From positions 21,452,001 to 21,516,000 of the forward strand of contig NW_027361696.1 of assembly GCF_039654945.1 (NCBI RefSeq): a stretch of 64,000 nucleotides of DNA. The letters run 5' to 3'. The DNA is from Dendrobates tinctorius (lineage: Eukaryota). A program made the position numbers and the translations under genes. This document shows, piece by piece, positions 12,588 to 24,400 of this stretch (position 1 is the first letter of the stretch; each line of letters starts with the position of its first letter). Below the pieces are notes generated by a model. It made no database searches. It was given only the letters and a program-made list of their open reading frames with translations, and was not told the origin of the DNA.

Positions 12588-15000
12588 AGTGCACAGAGGC
12601 TGGCTATAAGGGATCGTACAGGGGTGGCTACGCAGAGGGAACCCACAGAGAGCCTTATAGGAAGTATAGATTCACAGCTGAGTAATGAGAACCCAGCTGT
12701 CAGCTTACCCCACCGGTGTGCCCCTAGGTCCAGCGCCGACAGATCCCAGTTCTGTGCCCCCCGGAGACCGCTGTGATGCTCCTCTCCTGGATCTCATCCA
12801 GAAAAAAAATGGCCACCGGGACTCTGAGGAGAGGGAGGAGGGGGCGGAGAGCTGAAAAGGGCACGCTGGGCTGTGTAAAAAACGCGCCCTTTCTGCCTCA
12901 ATCCACCCCTTCTATGACACTCCAGCGTGTCATTTTGGTCATCCGGGGGGGCGGGGAAAAGGCGGCGGCTTCGGCTAGGCCGAAGCCGCGGTCTAAATTA
13001 GAGGCCTGATGCCCAGGAGGGCTCCAGAGCGGCGCGGTAGTCCGGGGGGGGGGGGGGGGATTTGTACCAGACCCCCCCCCCCCCAGAATGGTCGACTGGA
13101 TAGCGGTGGGGGTAGCGGTTTCTGTATGGGGGGCCCCTGAAACGCTATGGAGCCGCTGCTGTTGCATAGACAGGGACGCAGAAAAGCCCTGTCTCTGCTG
13201 TGCCATCCAGTCCGCACCCTCCCCTGGCCCCAACAGGATCCCTCAGCCGGCCTGGGGTCCCTGGAAGCTGCGGAATGCTGCCTGATCTCCGACCCTACCT
13301 GAGGCGTCTCAACCTAATGCCCCCTGCGGGGGATTAGGGAGGGTGCGTCTGTCACCGTCAGGGGGTCTTCATCCTCGCCTCAACCTCAACCCAGACCCCT
13401 TAAAGGGGTTGGGGAAGGAGGGGGGTCTCGACCTCGAACCAGGACCCGAGGGACTGGGGAGGGAGCGACATGGGGAATAGCCACCTCGACCTCAACCAGG
13501 TACCCCTAATAGGGGACCGAGGAGGGAGCCATGCCGGGAGTCTCGCTGGAGACCCACTTTTCTTCATCTGTATTTCCGGACGAAAAAAGGAAAAAAAACG
13601 GAAGAAAAAAGGTGTGCCTCCTTGCGACACTAAGCAAAAACTGGAGAAGGCTGACGCCGTCCAGGGGTGTATACTGCAGAGGAGGAGCCAAAGTTAATAT
13701 TTTTCAGATTATGCATAGTGTCGCCTCCTAGTGGACAGCAGCATAACACCCACGGTTCTGTGTCCCCCAATTAGGCGACAGAGTAAATTGCATTGTGGGC
13801 ACACAGCCTAAAAGACACTTTTTATTGTAAAAATAGTTTTTGCATCACCACATAGTGAGAGCTAAAATTTTTCCATATTTTGACCCACCGAGTCATGTGA
13901 GGTCTTATTTATTGCGGGACGAGTTGACGTTTTTATTGGTATCATTTTTGGGCACGTGACATTTTTTGATCGATTTTTATTCTGATTTTTGGGATGCAGA
14001 ATGAAAAAAAACAGCGTTTTATGACTTTCTTTTGGGGGGTGCGTTTACACCGTTCCGCGTGCGGTAAAATTGATAAAGCGGTTTTATTCTTCGGGTCAGT
14101 ACGGTTACAGCGATACCTCATTTATGTCTTTTTAGGTTTTGGCGCTTTTATGCAATGAAAGCAATTTTATATAAAAAAATAATTATTTTTGCATCGCTTT
14201 ATTCTGCGAGCTATAACTTTATTTTTTTGCTGATGATGCTGTGTGGTGGCTCGTTTTTTTGCGGGACAAGATGACGTTTTCAGCGGTACCATGGATATTT
14301 ATATGCGTCTTTTTGAACGCGCGTTATTGGACTTTTTGTTCGGCGGTATGATAAATCATTTTTTGCTTTGTTTTTTATTTTTTAAGGGGTTCGCTAAAGG
14401 GGTTAACTAATGGGACAGTTTTATAGGGTGGGTCGTTACGGACGTGGCGATACCAAATGTGTACTTTTATTGTTTTTTTTTCTATTTCGAAAAAATGAAT
14501 TTGAATATTTTCTTTTTTTAAATTTATTTAGCGATTTTTTTAACTTTATTACATTGTCCCAGGTGGGACATCACTGTCCTGTGACAGATCAGCGATCTGT
14601 CACAGGCACTGCACAAGGCTTCCTCCTTGCCTGTACTTTGCAGGCATGAGGAAGCCAGCTCCCTGCAGGCCCCCGCCGCCATCTTGGATTCGGGGACCAG
14701 CAGGGATAGAGCCCCCCGCAGCAGCGCTGCACATTGCGCTGCTGTGGGGGGCTCAGAGAAGCACAGAGGGAGCACCCTCCCTGCCGATGCTTCCCTTTAA
14801 CCCCCCGGTACACCGCGATCGTGTTTGATCGCGGTGTGCAAGGGGTTAACATGTCGGGGGCGGTCCGTGACCGCCCCTGACACATTGTGCCGGGTGTCAG
14901 CTGTGATAATCAGATCGCTATGACGTACTATCCCGTTCCTGGGAATTAAGTCCCAGGGCACATGGACGGGATAGTACGTCACATTGGAGTAAGGGGTTAA

Positions 15001-17837
15001 AGCTCAAAATGGGTTCTCGTACATTTCTAGACTAGTCTCTGACACTGGGGTTGTGGTTAGGGAGGATGCAGATATTTTCCACACACTGCATAATTACTTT
15101 TCTAGTATTTATTGTTCTAGAAGCATCACCAATTCAGAAGAATTAGAGAACTTTTTAGCAACCATTTCATTACCACAATCAAGTCTAGAGCGGGATATAC
15201 TAGACAAACCAATTGAACTTGAGTAATTGGAGGAGGCCCCAGGCCCAGATGGGTTACCAGGAGAATTCTTCAAAACATAGCGAGAAATATTGCTTCCAAA
15301 TTTACTGGCAGTTTTTCAAGAAACTATTAGAATTGGTAACCTCCTGGATCTATGAAAGCGGCGGTGGCAGTTTTGATACTGAAACCCGGAAAGGATCCAT
15401 CACTGCCCGATTCTTATAGATCCATCTCCCTCCTCAAAACCAACGTCAAACTGCTGGCTAAATTCTTGCAAATAGATTATCCAAGGTGACTACAAGGGTA
15501 ATACAGGATGATCAAACTGGACTTATACCAAACAAGTCCACCGCAAATAACAGAAGGCAGTTATATATGGACATGCAGCACTTAGTTGAAAATCCACATG
15601 AACAAGGGCGATCCTTTCCTTAGACGCCGCCAAGGCATTTGAAGGAGTCAAATGGAACTTTTTGTGGGCTGTGTTAAAGGACATGGGATTCGGTGATAAA
15701 ATTTATTTCAATGATCCAGGTATTATACAGTGCTTCTAGGGCAAAACTCCAGGTTAACGGTCATATATCGGGATTGTTTGATCTGGCAAGAGGAACATGG
15801 CAGGATTGTCCTGTCACTCCCTTTTTGCAATAGTCATAGAGCCACTTTCCTGTTTGATACAAAATAATCCTGCAATCTTTGCTGTGGGTCGAGAGAGATG
15901 AAAATCACTCTATACGCGGATATGCTTCTTTTTTGGGGGGGGACCTAGGCACTTCTATAGGACTAGTAATGGACATAATTAAAACATACAGAAAATGGCC
16001 AGGCCTTCTAATTAACTGGAGCAAATTGGTACTTATGCTTGTTGATCCTCTTCCAGAGGAATACTCATTGGAGCATACACAAATCCACATAGTAAACTCA
16101 AATATTTTGGGGTAATAGCCTCTGCTAACACTCAGGACTTTCACTCGCATAGTTTAGCCCACCTGATGTTAAAATTTAGGTCTAATGTGGATACATGTGT
16201 CACCTCCCGATGTCTCCAGTGGGAAGATGTAATCTTTTGAAAATGATCCTAATGCCACTATTTTTTTTTCTTCATAATACTCCAATTTGGATTCCTGTGT
16301 CTTATATAAAATACATGGGCTATTTTGGGAACTCATCTGGAAAAAACAGAAACCCAGAATCAAACTTGAAACCCTGCGAAGGGGAAGAGATAATGGGGGC
16401 CCAGCAGTTCCAAAATGCTTGGTTATACTTCATAGCCTCGCAGATAAAGCAGTTTCAGGGCTGGGGTACAACTGACCACTGTGGAGCTTCGGGTCAGCTA
16501 AAGGAGGGCACTATAAATGGGAGACACCACTACTAGCTATTGAGAAAACCAGCCACGGGAAAATGAGTCAATGGTTCACACTCTAAATTTGGTCTATAAA
16601 ATCTGGAATAGCGGCAAGGACATTCTCTATATCAAGGGATTCACAAACTATTCCTCTCTGTGGCACAATTTTGCTATTGACCCAAATAATGACGGATCAA
16701 TCCACAGTTTTGATCAGATTCACTCTGGGTTTGGCATGCCACACAGAGCCTTCTATCAGTATTTGTAGCTTCTTCATGCCTTCCAGACACAAATTAAGAC
16801 TACTAAGGTAGATATCACTAAATCTTAGATTTAATCGCTACAGCATTTAATACGAAGAGCCTTATTTCCTCTATTTACAGGATATTATTACCCTTATATC
16901 TAGATAAGCATCCCATGTAGGTCAGATCAAGGTGGGAAGAGGATGTTGGCCCCATACCTGAAGAACAATGAAATAAAATACTAGAAACAACACCTATACT
17001 ATCTGAGTCCCAGAAAATGTCCCAAATCTTCATTATACAGAGGGTATATAAGACATAATATATTGTTTAAAATTGAGGCTCGGACTGAACACATGTCCGA
17101 GATGCGGTATGAATGGGGCTCATCTGATGTATATGCTATGGGAATGTGCTGATATAGGCCATTAATGGGTAGGGGTGACCTCTCTTATTAAACAAGTATT
17201 CGAGATACACATACAACTTGATCCTAGGGTGTGCATAATAGGCCTTCTGGGGGTGGGGGTAGATTTAAGATACCCTGTGCCTACCGCCATTTTGAGAATA
17301 CTGTTTCTGGCCAGGAAATTGTTAACATTGCACTGGTTAGACCGTAAGTTCCCAACATTGGAGGAATTCAAAGCTAAAATTAGTAATACCATATGCCTGG
17401 AGAGAGGTACTTACATTAAAAGAAACTCAGTAAAAGTTTATAATTATATGGGAATGGTGGCTGGTCACCCCTGGGGTGACCTCTGTGGATCTACTCAGAA
17501 TAACTGTACTAGACCGGTTGGCTATTTCGGCTTTTTAAATATTGTATGTTGAGGACATATAGATACCAATTATTTTCTGTTCGTAAACATGTTAGTGAAC
17601 ATACATGAATACTATTTTTGTTATAATGCCTGTATTTAATAACATGTCACCAGTCTTTGGGAAAATCTTCATTTGGACAAAATGAATAACTTTGCTTGGC
17701 ATTGAATACCTTGGCAGGTATGGGACTATATAAACTTTAAGGGTTAAACATGGTTATTAAGTTTACTGTGTTTGTACTATAATGTAATTGTTTATAAAAT
17801 AAAATAAATAAAAATGATCCGATTTAAAAAAAATAAA
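15001..17837 (+). mobile_element. 5'-truncated, degenerate L1 LINE (ORF2 RT pseudogene); its 5' stub lies at ~4532-4573
   Basis: Remnants of SYRSISLL, DQTG, SLDAAKAF, RGTWQDCP, LYAD and the C-terminal CPRC...HLMYMLWEC knuckle; AATAAA and an A-rich tail at ~17800-17837. Confidence 0.88.
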
Positions 17838-18033
17838 AGTCTTTTTGACCGCGCCCCTTCAATAATTACAATGTGGTGGGTCATACTGCTCTCAGAAATG
17901 AGCCCGATCTGTCCCCTCCGTTCTCCCCCTCACTTATTCTGTGAGCTTTGTCCAGCGACTGAAAGAAATCTAAGCTTGGTGCCCCCGGCATCAGTAAAAT
18001 AAATCGCATGGCGGTGATTCTGGGGATTGACCA

Positions 18034-18039
18034 TTTATT
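18034..18039 (-). promoter_or_regulatory. Putative polyadenylation signal of U2AF1L4
   Basis: AATAAA on the minus strand ~425 nt after the stop codon. Confidence 0.5.
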
Positions 18040-18462
18040 AAACCAATAATGTAATAAAAAGGGAGGCTGCATCAGCAATGAGCACAGACATCATGGAGGA
18101 CAGAGGCCGAGAGAAAGCTCAGCAAAGGAAAGAAACCTCGGGTGGCTCGGACACTACAACTGGCAGACAAATACAAAAGGAGACGGGGCTTAAAGGGATC
18201 TGTTCATTAAAAAGCTGCCCAGACATCAGTCAGGAATAACTCCCTGGAGTCCGGGGTCCTCCCTGCTGTCTAGGCGGCATTTTTAATGTAGGAGTACTAT
18301 CCGGTATGGTGGGCGATTCCTGGTCCCCTATAACTGCTGGGCAGAGACCAAGCACCGCTGCCTAAACCCCCCACACCGGGCCTGACCCCGTTTGCTGGAA
18401 GGTGAGAACTACGGACAGTTTGGTGCCAGGAGACTGTTGCTCCTCTTCATCTTCTTGACCCT

Positions 18463-21400
18463 TTAGAAGCGGCCATGTCGGTGCCTCGGTGAGCGTGAGC
18501 GGCGGCGGCCACCAGCATCTCTGTTGTTGTGCCGAGGCCTGTCAGGGAAGCGCTTTGGCGAGTGATGTCTGGGCGGAGATCCGGCCCTTGCCCTGTAATG
18601 GAAAACACAGAGACGTGAGGTCACAGAGAAAATTATTATACATTTATATAGATAATTATCACCCAAATCCCACAACCGGGGAGCGATCCTAACCATGGGT
18701 CCATGCACAGAGGTCCAAAAGACATCTGCCACCAATAATCCCCAGAGAACGTGCACACTAAGTCGTTGTGCATAGTTTTCAGAGGAGAAACGCCAAAGTT
18801 TTTGAGCAGGACTTGGAAGAGTTTTTACTGAAAAAAACCCCAAACCTCAGTGTACACGTAGCCTTAATGGGGTTGACCACAACAGCTCACTCACACATTG
18901 ACATTAACCCCTTCCCTATGACATATTACATCCTACATTCAGTCCCCACGGATGGCGCCATGTTATACACCTGACATCTGCATCGGCCAATCATTGCGTA
19001 GTTATCGCAGGCAGGGTCCTGGAGATCAGCAACTGATCACCTAAAAATGTGTTACCCCCAAATTAGTTTTCCAGCCACATTATGCAGTGATTAAAAGGAG
19101 TTCTCCGCTGCCACTCACCGACCTTGGGAGACAACAGGTGCCAGCCATGACGTGTGCACAGACGGAAGGTTTCATTGACCAGAATTGAACATCTGTGCAT
19201 GTCCAGGCAGGCAATTGTCAACGCACCATCATCAGTGACTATCACCTCCCAATGAAGAAGGGTAAGGAACCAGGGACCCCTTTAAGGCCAGGAAGGAAAA
19301 TGGTTGCGTCACATCAGCTCTCAGAAGTGCGACTTCGGGTTTTTCGGACTTTCCCGCTACAATGTGTCCTCTTGGGGGGACCCCTCGCAGTCAGTGACAG
19401 TATAGAGAGGTGCATCTCGAAACATTAGAATATCAAAAAGTTTATTTCAGTTCTTTAATAAAAAAAGTGAAACATTATATAGAGTCATTACAGAGCGATT
19501 TCAAGTGTTTGTTTCTCTTAATGTTGATGATTATGGCTTACAGCCAATGAAAATCCAAAGGTCATTATCTCTGTAAATAATACTTTTATAACACCAGCTT
19601 GAGAAAATTATTTTAAAATCCGAAATGTTGGCCTATTTAAATGTATGTTCTGTAAATGCACTCAATATTTGGTCGGGGCTCCTTTGGCATCAATTACTGC
19701 ATTTAATGCGGTGTGGCATTAAATAGAGTCTCTATGGGGTTAAGGTTAGGTGAGTTTGCTGGCCAATCAAGCACAGTGATACTGTTGTTTGTAAACAAGG
19801 TATTGGTACTTTTTTCAAGCTGGTGTTATAAAGTATTCTAATTTACTGAGATAATGACTTTTGCATTTTCATTGGCTGTAAGCCATAATCATCATTAACA
19901 GAAATAAACAATTGAAACAGATCACTGTTTGTAATGACTGTATAATATATGAGTTTCACTTTTTGTATTGAAGAACTGAAATAAATTAACTTTTTGATGA
20001 TATTCTAATTTTGTGAGATGCACCTGTAGGTGCTCCGCTCCCACCTATCCGCAGACATCCGGCACACAGGATGGAGCCTTGGACAGATGTGATTGGAGCC
20101 TTGTGTTCATCCAAGTACTCACTGTCGGTTACGGGCTCGACCGTACAGCTGCCTCCGGAGCGCGCTGGAGATAGGCTTCAAATGCATAAAGTTGCAAAAT
20201 CCGCCACGGTTACATTCACTGTTGGGGGAGAAGGACAATACGTTAAGTAAGGGTCAGAACGTCGGAGGTGAAGCAGACGACATGAGGAGTTGGCAACACT
20301 CACCCCATCTCATACTGCCGGCAGCAGGACTCCCTGAAGTCTGTGACGGGCGACAGCTCGGCGTGGATTGCCTGCCCGTTGAACCAGCGGTTGTTCAGTT
20401 CCACAAGGGCTCTTTCTGCGTCTTCCTCTCGACGAAACTGTAGGATAAAAGGCTAAAGAGTCAATGAAGGATCGAAGCAAGGAACCCTGGGAAATAGAAG
20501 AGTTGGACAAGCGTCACCTCCCTGCTGGCAGCTTAATATAGCCGTGCCTAATCCGGTTTATGGTAAATAGGATTGGACACCGAGATCTGGGGCAGACAGA
20601 CGAAGGAGACGCTGGACACAAACAGGTAATAAAGCCCCCGAGCACATATCGCTGATATATAGAACATATGATGCTGGTGGTGCGGGGGACACACTGTATA
20701 CGCTGATCGGGCGGGGGGGGCACACTAATTATACACCCTGACCAGGGGAGGCCATAGGCCTTCACCAACACTGACTCTAGCGCCCCGACCAGTCACCGAC
20801 ACTCAGACCCAACAGGGCCCCCAAATATTGCAAGAAGCTGGTTATTTCTGTCTACATGCCACCATACATATACATTTCTCTTATACCCACAGGCTCAATG
20901 ACACGGACAGAATATCAGTGCGGTGTTCACACTCCACCAATGCCCAAATTCGCAACCAGCATCACAATGGCCAGTGCGACCCCGCCAGCAGAGGGCTGCG
21001 ACACAGACAAAGGAGGCAGCCAGGAAGCCAACGGGTTGCGTTGTGGAACGGTGCAGCTCCCAAAGCCCAAGCAAGCGCTGGTTTTCCTTCCCCGACCCGC
21101 CACAGACACCGGTCGGTACCGAAGCATTCCCCAGAAGGTGAGAAGCCTAAAATATCACAAAGCGATCAACCTCAGAAATCCTACAAGATCGTAAATGTTA
21201 ATTGTCTCTTTCCCGCAGCCAGAATGTGTGGTGGCACCAACATGTGCAGCAAAGCCGACAGCACTGCCGGCTCAGGCGCACCCTCCGCTGCCAGTCCCGG
21301 ATATAATGCTGCGCAGCGCATACAAACGTCACATGAGCACCGCCGACGTGGGACATTCCAACCGGGCGCACCCGCAACAAAGCGTCTGCATCTCGGAGGA

Positions 21401-24400
21401 TCTTCTTAAGTTGCGCCGATCGTCCCTGAGAGAAGGTGGAGCAGCCAGCGCTCCCTGGTACTCTCAGCACGCCAGTGTGCCCGATATCACACAAGAACCT
21501 CGATACATTAACATGCCGCCACGATGGTTGTTTTCTGCCCCCCCGATGGGACCCGAGCGACCAGCTAAGCAACGCTGTAAGCTGATGGAAGCAGACCTCC
21601 ACCAAGGCAAGACATCCACCCGGCGGGAGCGACAGAGGTACGTGGCCAAAGACGGCAAGTGCCAGGTCAACTTAGGCCGCATTGAAGAAAAGGCTCGTTT
21701 CTTGTCGGACATTTTCACCACGATCGTGGACCTGAAGTACCGCTGGTTCCTGTTCGTCTTCATGATGTGTTATGTCATCACGTGGCTGCTCTTCGCCACC
21801 CTCTACTACCTGAACGCGCTCTTGCGCCAAGATTTGCTCCACCCGGATGACGAAGACTGGGCTCCTTGCTTCCAGAATGTGGACAGCTTCACAGCAGCGC
21901 TCCTCTTCTCTGTAGAGACCCAGCGCACCATCGGCTACGGCTCCCGCATGGTGACCACAAACTGCCAGGAAGGAGTGTATCTCATAATGGCCCAGTCTAT
22001 CGTGGGCTCCATGATCGACGCCCTCATGGTGGGTTGCATGTTCGTCAAGATCTCGCGACCTAAGAAACGAGCGCAGACGCTGATCTTCAGCCAGAACTGC
22101 GTGGTCTGCCCACGAGATGAAAAGCTTTGCCTCATGTTCCGCATCGGCGACCTCCGGGACAGCCACATGGTGGATGCCAAAATAAGGGCCAAGCTCATCA
22201 AGTCACGGCAGACATACGAAGGGGAATTCCTTCCCCTGGAGCAGTCAGAGATCAACCTCGGCTACGACACCGGAGAAGACCGACTGTTCCTGGTGGAGCC
22301 ACAGGTCATCTGCCACCTAATCGACCACCACAGCCCCTTCTGGGAGATGGGGCCGCAGCAGCTGCTTCAGGAGCAGTTTGAGATCATCGTCATATTGGAG
22401 GGGATCGTGGAAGCCACAGGCAAGTAGACAACTCCCTCTTGTACCCCCCAATACTTCCCTGCCCTCCAGGGTCTATGCATTATTTATAGAGATGCCCCCA
22501 ACAACCAGCTTAGTCTCCATACTGGACAACAACTCAAATTTTAACACTCTCACTAGATCAGAATCATAACCCCCATTCTTTATACTGCAGGCAAGTTTAT
22601 ATTAACAGGTTATTATGGGTGTTATTCATGTGGACATAATCCTAAAAGATACCACCAACTAAGGTTTAAAGGGGTTGTCCAGGGCAACCATATTGAGGAA
22701 ACATCCTCAGGATAAGTCGTCAATATCAGACGGGTGAGGGTCCGATGGTTTGCACACTGTTTTCTCAACTGCCATTGTGGCAATGGGCAATACGCAGAGT
22801 AGTGCGAAATGGTGTTTTTTCAGTATCATGGGACCATAACAGGGGATCGGTGGGAGCGTCTGGTGCCCGATCCCTACTGATCTGATGTGGATGACCCATC
22901 AAAATAACAGAGAGAGAAATAGAATCTGGCACTCAGCTTATATGCAGAAAACTTTTTAATGCAGTCCAGAACAATAAACGTTTCAGTCATCACTTAACCT
23001 TCATCGGTAAACCGACTGCTTCTAAATGAGGTTAGAGTGTTAATGCCTCAACTGTAATGCAGAAGATGAGTCAAGGTCAGGTATGTATTGATATGCAGAC
23101 AATGTTCTGAGAGGCATGAAAAAAATAATCTTGACCTGTGGGGCATGTAAAACTAGACCACTGTATTGTTTGGTTTACGTCCTATTCGGGTTATATGGTA
23201 GTGCGCACAACTAGAAATGGGTGGATGACTAAATGGTCATTGGCTGTGTGCCTGCATCCAACGCGGTGTCCACAGCTCGTCGACAATACAGAACATTGTC
23301 TGCCTATCAATACATACCTGACCTTGACTCATCTTCTGCACTACAGTTGAGGCATTAACACTAACATCATTTAGAAGCAGTCAGTTTACCGATGAAGGTT
23401 AAGTGATGACTGAAACGTTTATTGTTCTGGACTGCATTAAAAAGTTTTCTGCATATAAGTTGAGTGCCAGATTCTATTTCTCTATCATATTGGCTTAGGA
23501 ACCTATCTGTGCACAATTGTAGCTGTGCCACGATATGCTTTCTGCCATCAAAATAACAGGACATCAATATCATCCCTTTTAAGTGATCCCAATGAGATCA
23601 CCATTGAGATCGCTGGGGGTTAGTTCAGGGGTACCAGTATTGTAGTTGTACGTTGTTTGGACCTCACATTTCACACAAATCCCTCTCCCTACCCATCGCA
23701 GGAATGACTTGTCAGGCGAAAAGCTCCTACTTGGAAAATGAGATCATCTGGGGCCATCGCTTCGAGCCCTGCATGACCCTGGAGAAGGGGGCCTTCCGGG
23801 TGGACTACAAGCGCTTCCACAAGACGTTCGAGGTTCAGCTTCCTCGCTGCAGCGCTAAGGAGATGGAGGAGACGAAGGAGTTGGAGGGCTCGGAGTTCAA
23901 CTTCTACTGGGAGAACGGAGACTTCCTAACCGGACGCAGACACATGATGACAGACAGGGGCGACGATGAGGATGAGCGCAGCGGAAGACTCATCGGAAAC
24001 ATCACCGAAGAGCACAGCTCCAAGTTCAACGGCAGCGACTACAACCTGAGAGTCACCCCTCCAGTGATGGATGCTTGGCATCAGTAATTGCATAGGGTGT
24101 AATGAGCGCAGTTCCACTATAGACCAGGCTGCATTATGTAGATTGTGAGCAACAGAGGAGGAAGACACCACCGCGGTCTTGGGATATACATGGACTGATT
24201 AGCATCAAAAGGAAAAAAATAAAGAAAATATTTAATTAACTCTTCATTTCTCGCAGGAGCGCAGTGTAGATCCCGTCATGTCACCTGGTATCCCGACCTC
24301 AACATTTGTGCAGCTGAATCTGACGGCGGTGAATGCCACAGTGCTCCCTAAGTCCATTTCTGATGGGTGTATTAGGGCGGCACCATATGCATGCCTAGTC

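Larger units (their letters stand above)
7660..13787 (-). mobile_element. Full-length DIRS1-like retrotransposon (ITRs, ICR, gag, RT-RNaseH-MTase-like, tyrosine recombinase), with frameshifts
   Basis: Inverted terminal repeats at ~7708-7844 and ~13636-13773. The internal complementary region at ~7977-8072 joins the reverse complements of both termini across TTT. YLDD RT and a YR ORF are present; no TSD. Confidence 0.95.
6788..13808. mobile_element. PIF/Harbinger-type MITE split by a DIRS
   Basis: TIRs GGCTATGTGCCCAC / GTGGGCACACAGCC with TAA TSD at 6785-6787 and 13809-13811. Confidence 0.75.
4578..14996. mobile_element. Non-autonomous piggyBac-like (TTAA-targeting) element with internal ~400-bp tandem repeats; host of a nested MITE and DIRS
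   Basis: TTAA|CCCCTTA at 4574-4584 and TAAGGGG|TTAA at 14990-15000. Excising it restores an L1 ORF2 reading frame. Internal repeats at ~5200-6600. Confidence 0.7.

Noticed and set aside
18463-20437. A mouse-type U2AF26 exon 6/7-skipped isoform with a long frameshifted C-terminus
   Set aside because: Joining exon 5 to exon 8 here reaches TGA after 16 codons, so no extended frame exists.
20560-20625. An extra upstream coding exon for the Kir gene (ATG 20560, donor 20626)
   Set aside because: The phase-0 donor meets the 20892 acceptor out of frame (GCT CAA TGA); at most a 5'UTR exon or uORF.
21195-21218. ATG 21195 as the channel start and 22427 as its stop (single-exon 410-aa protein)
   Set aside because: The first 8 codons form a polypyrimidine tract and acceptor, and the C-terminal domain continues in exon 23702-24087.
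20898-24087. Assigning the symbol KCNJ3, KCNJ5, KCNJ6 or KCNJ9
   Set aside because: Diagnostic residues are mixed and the synteny fits none; a phylogeny is needed.
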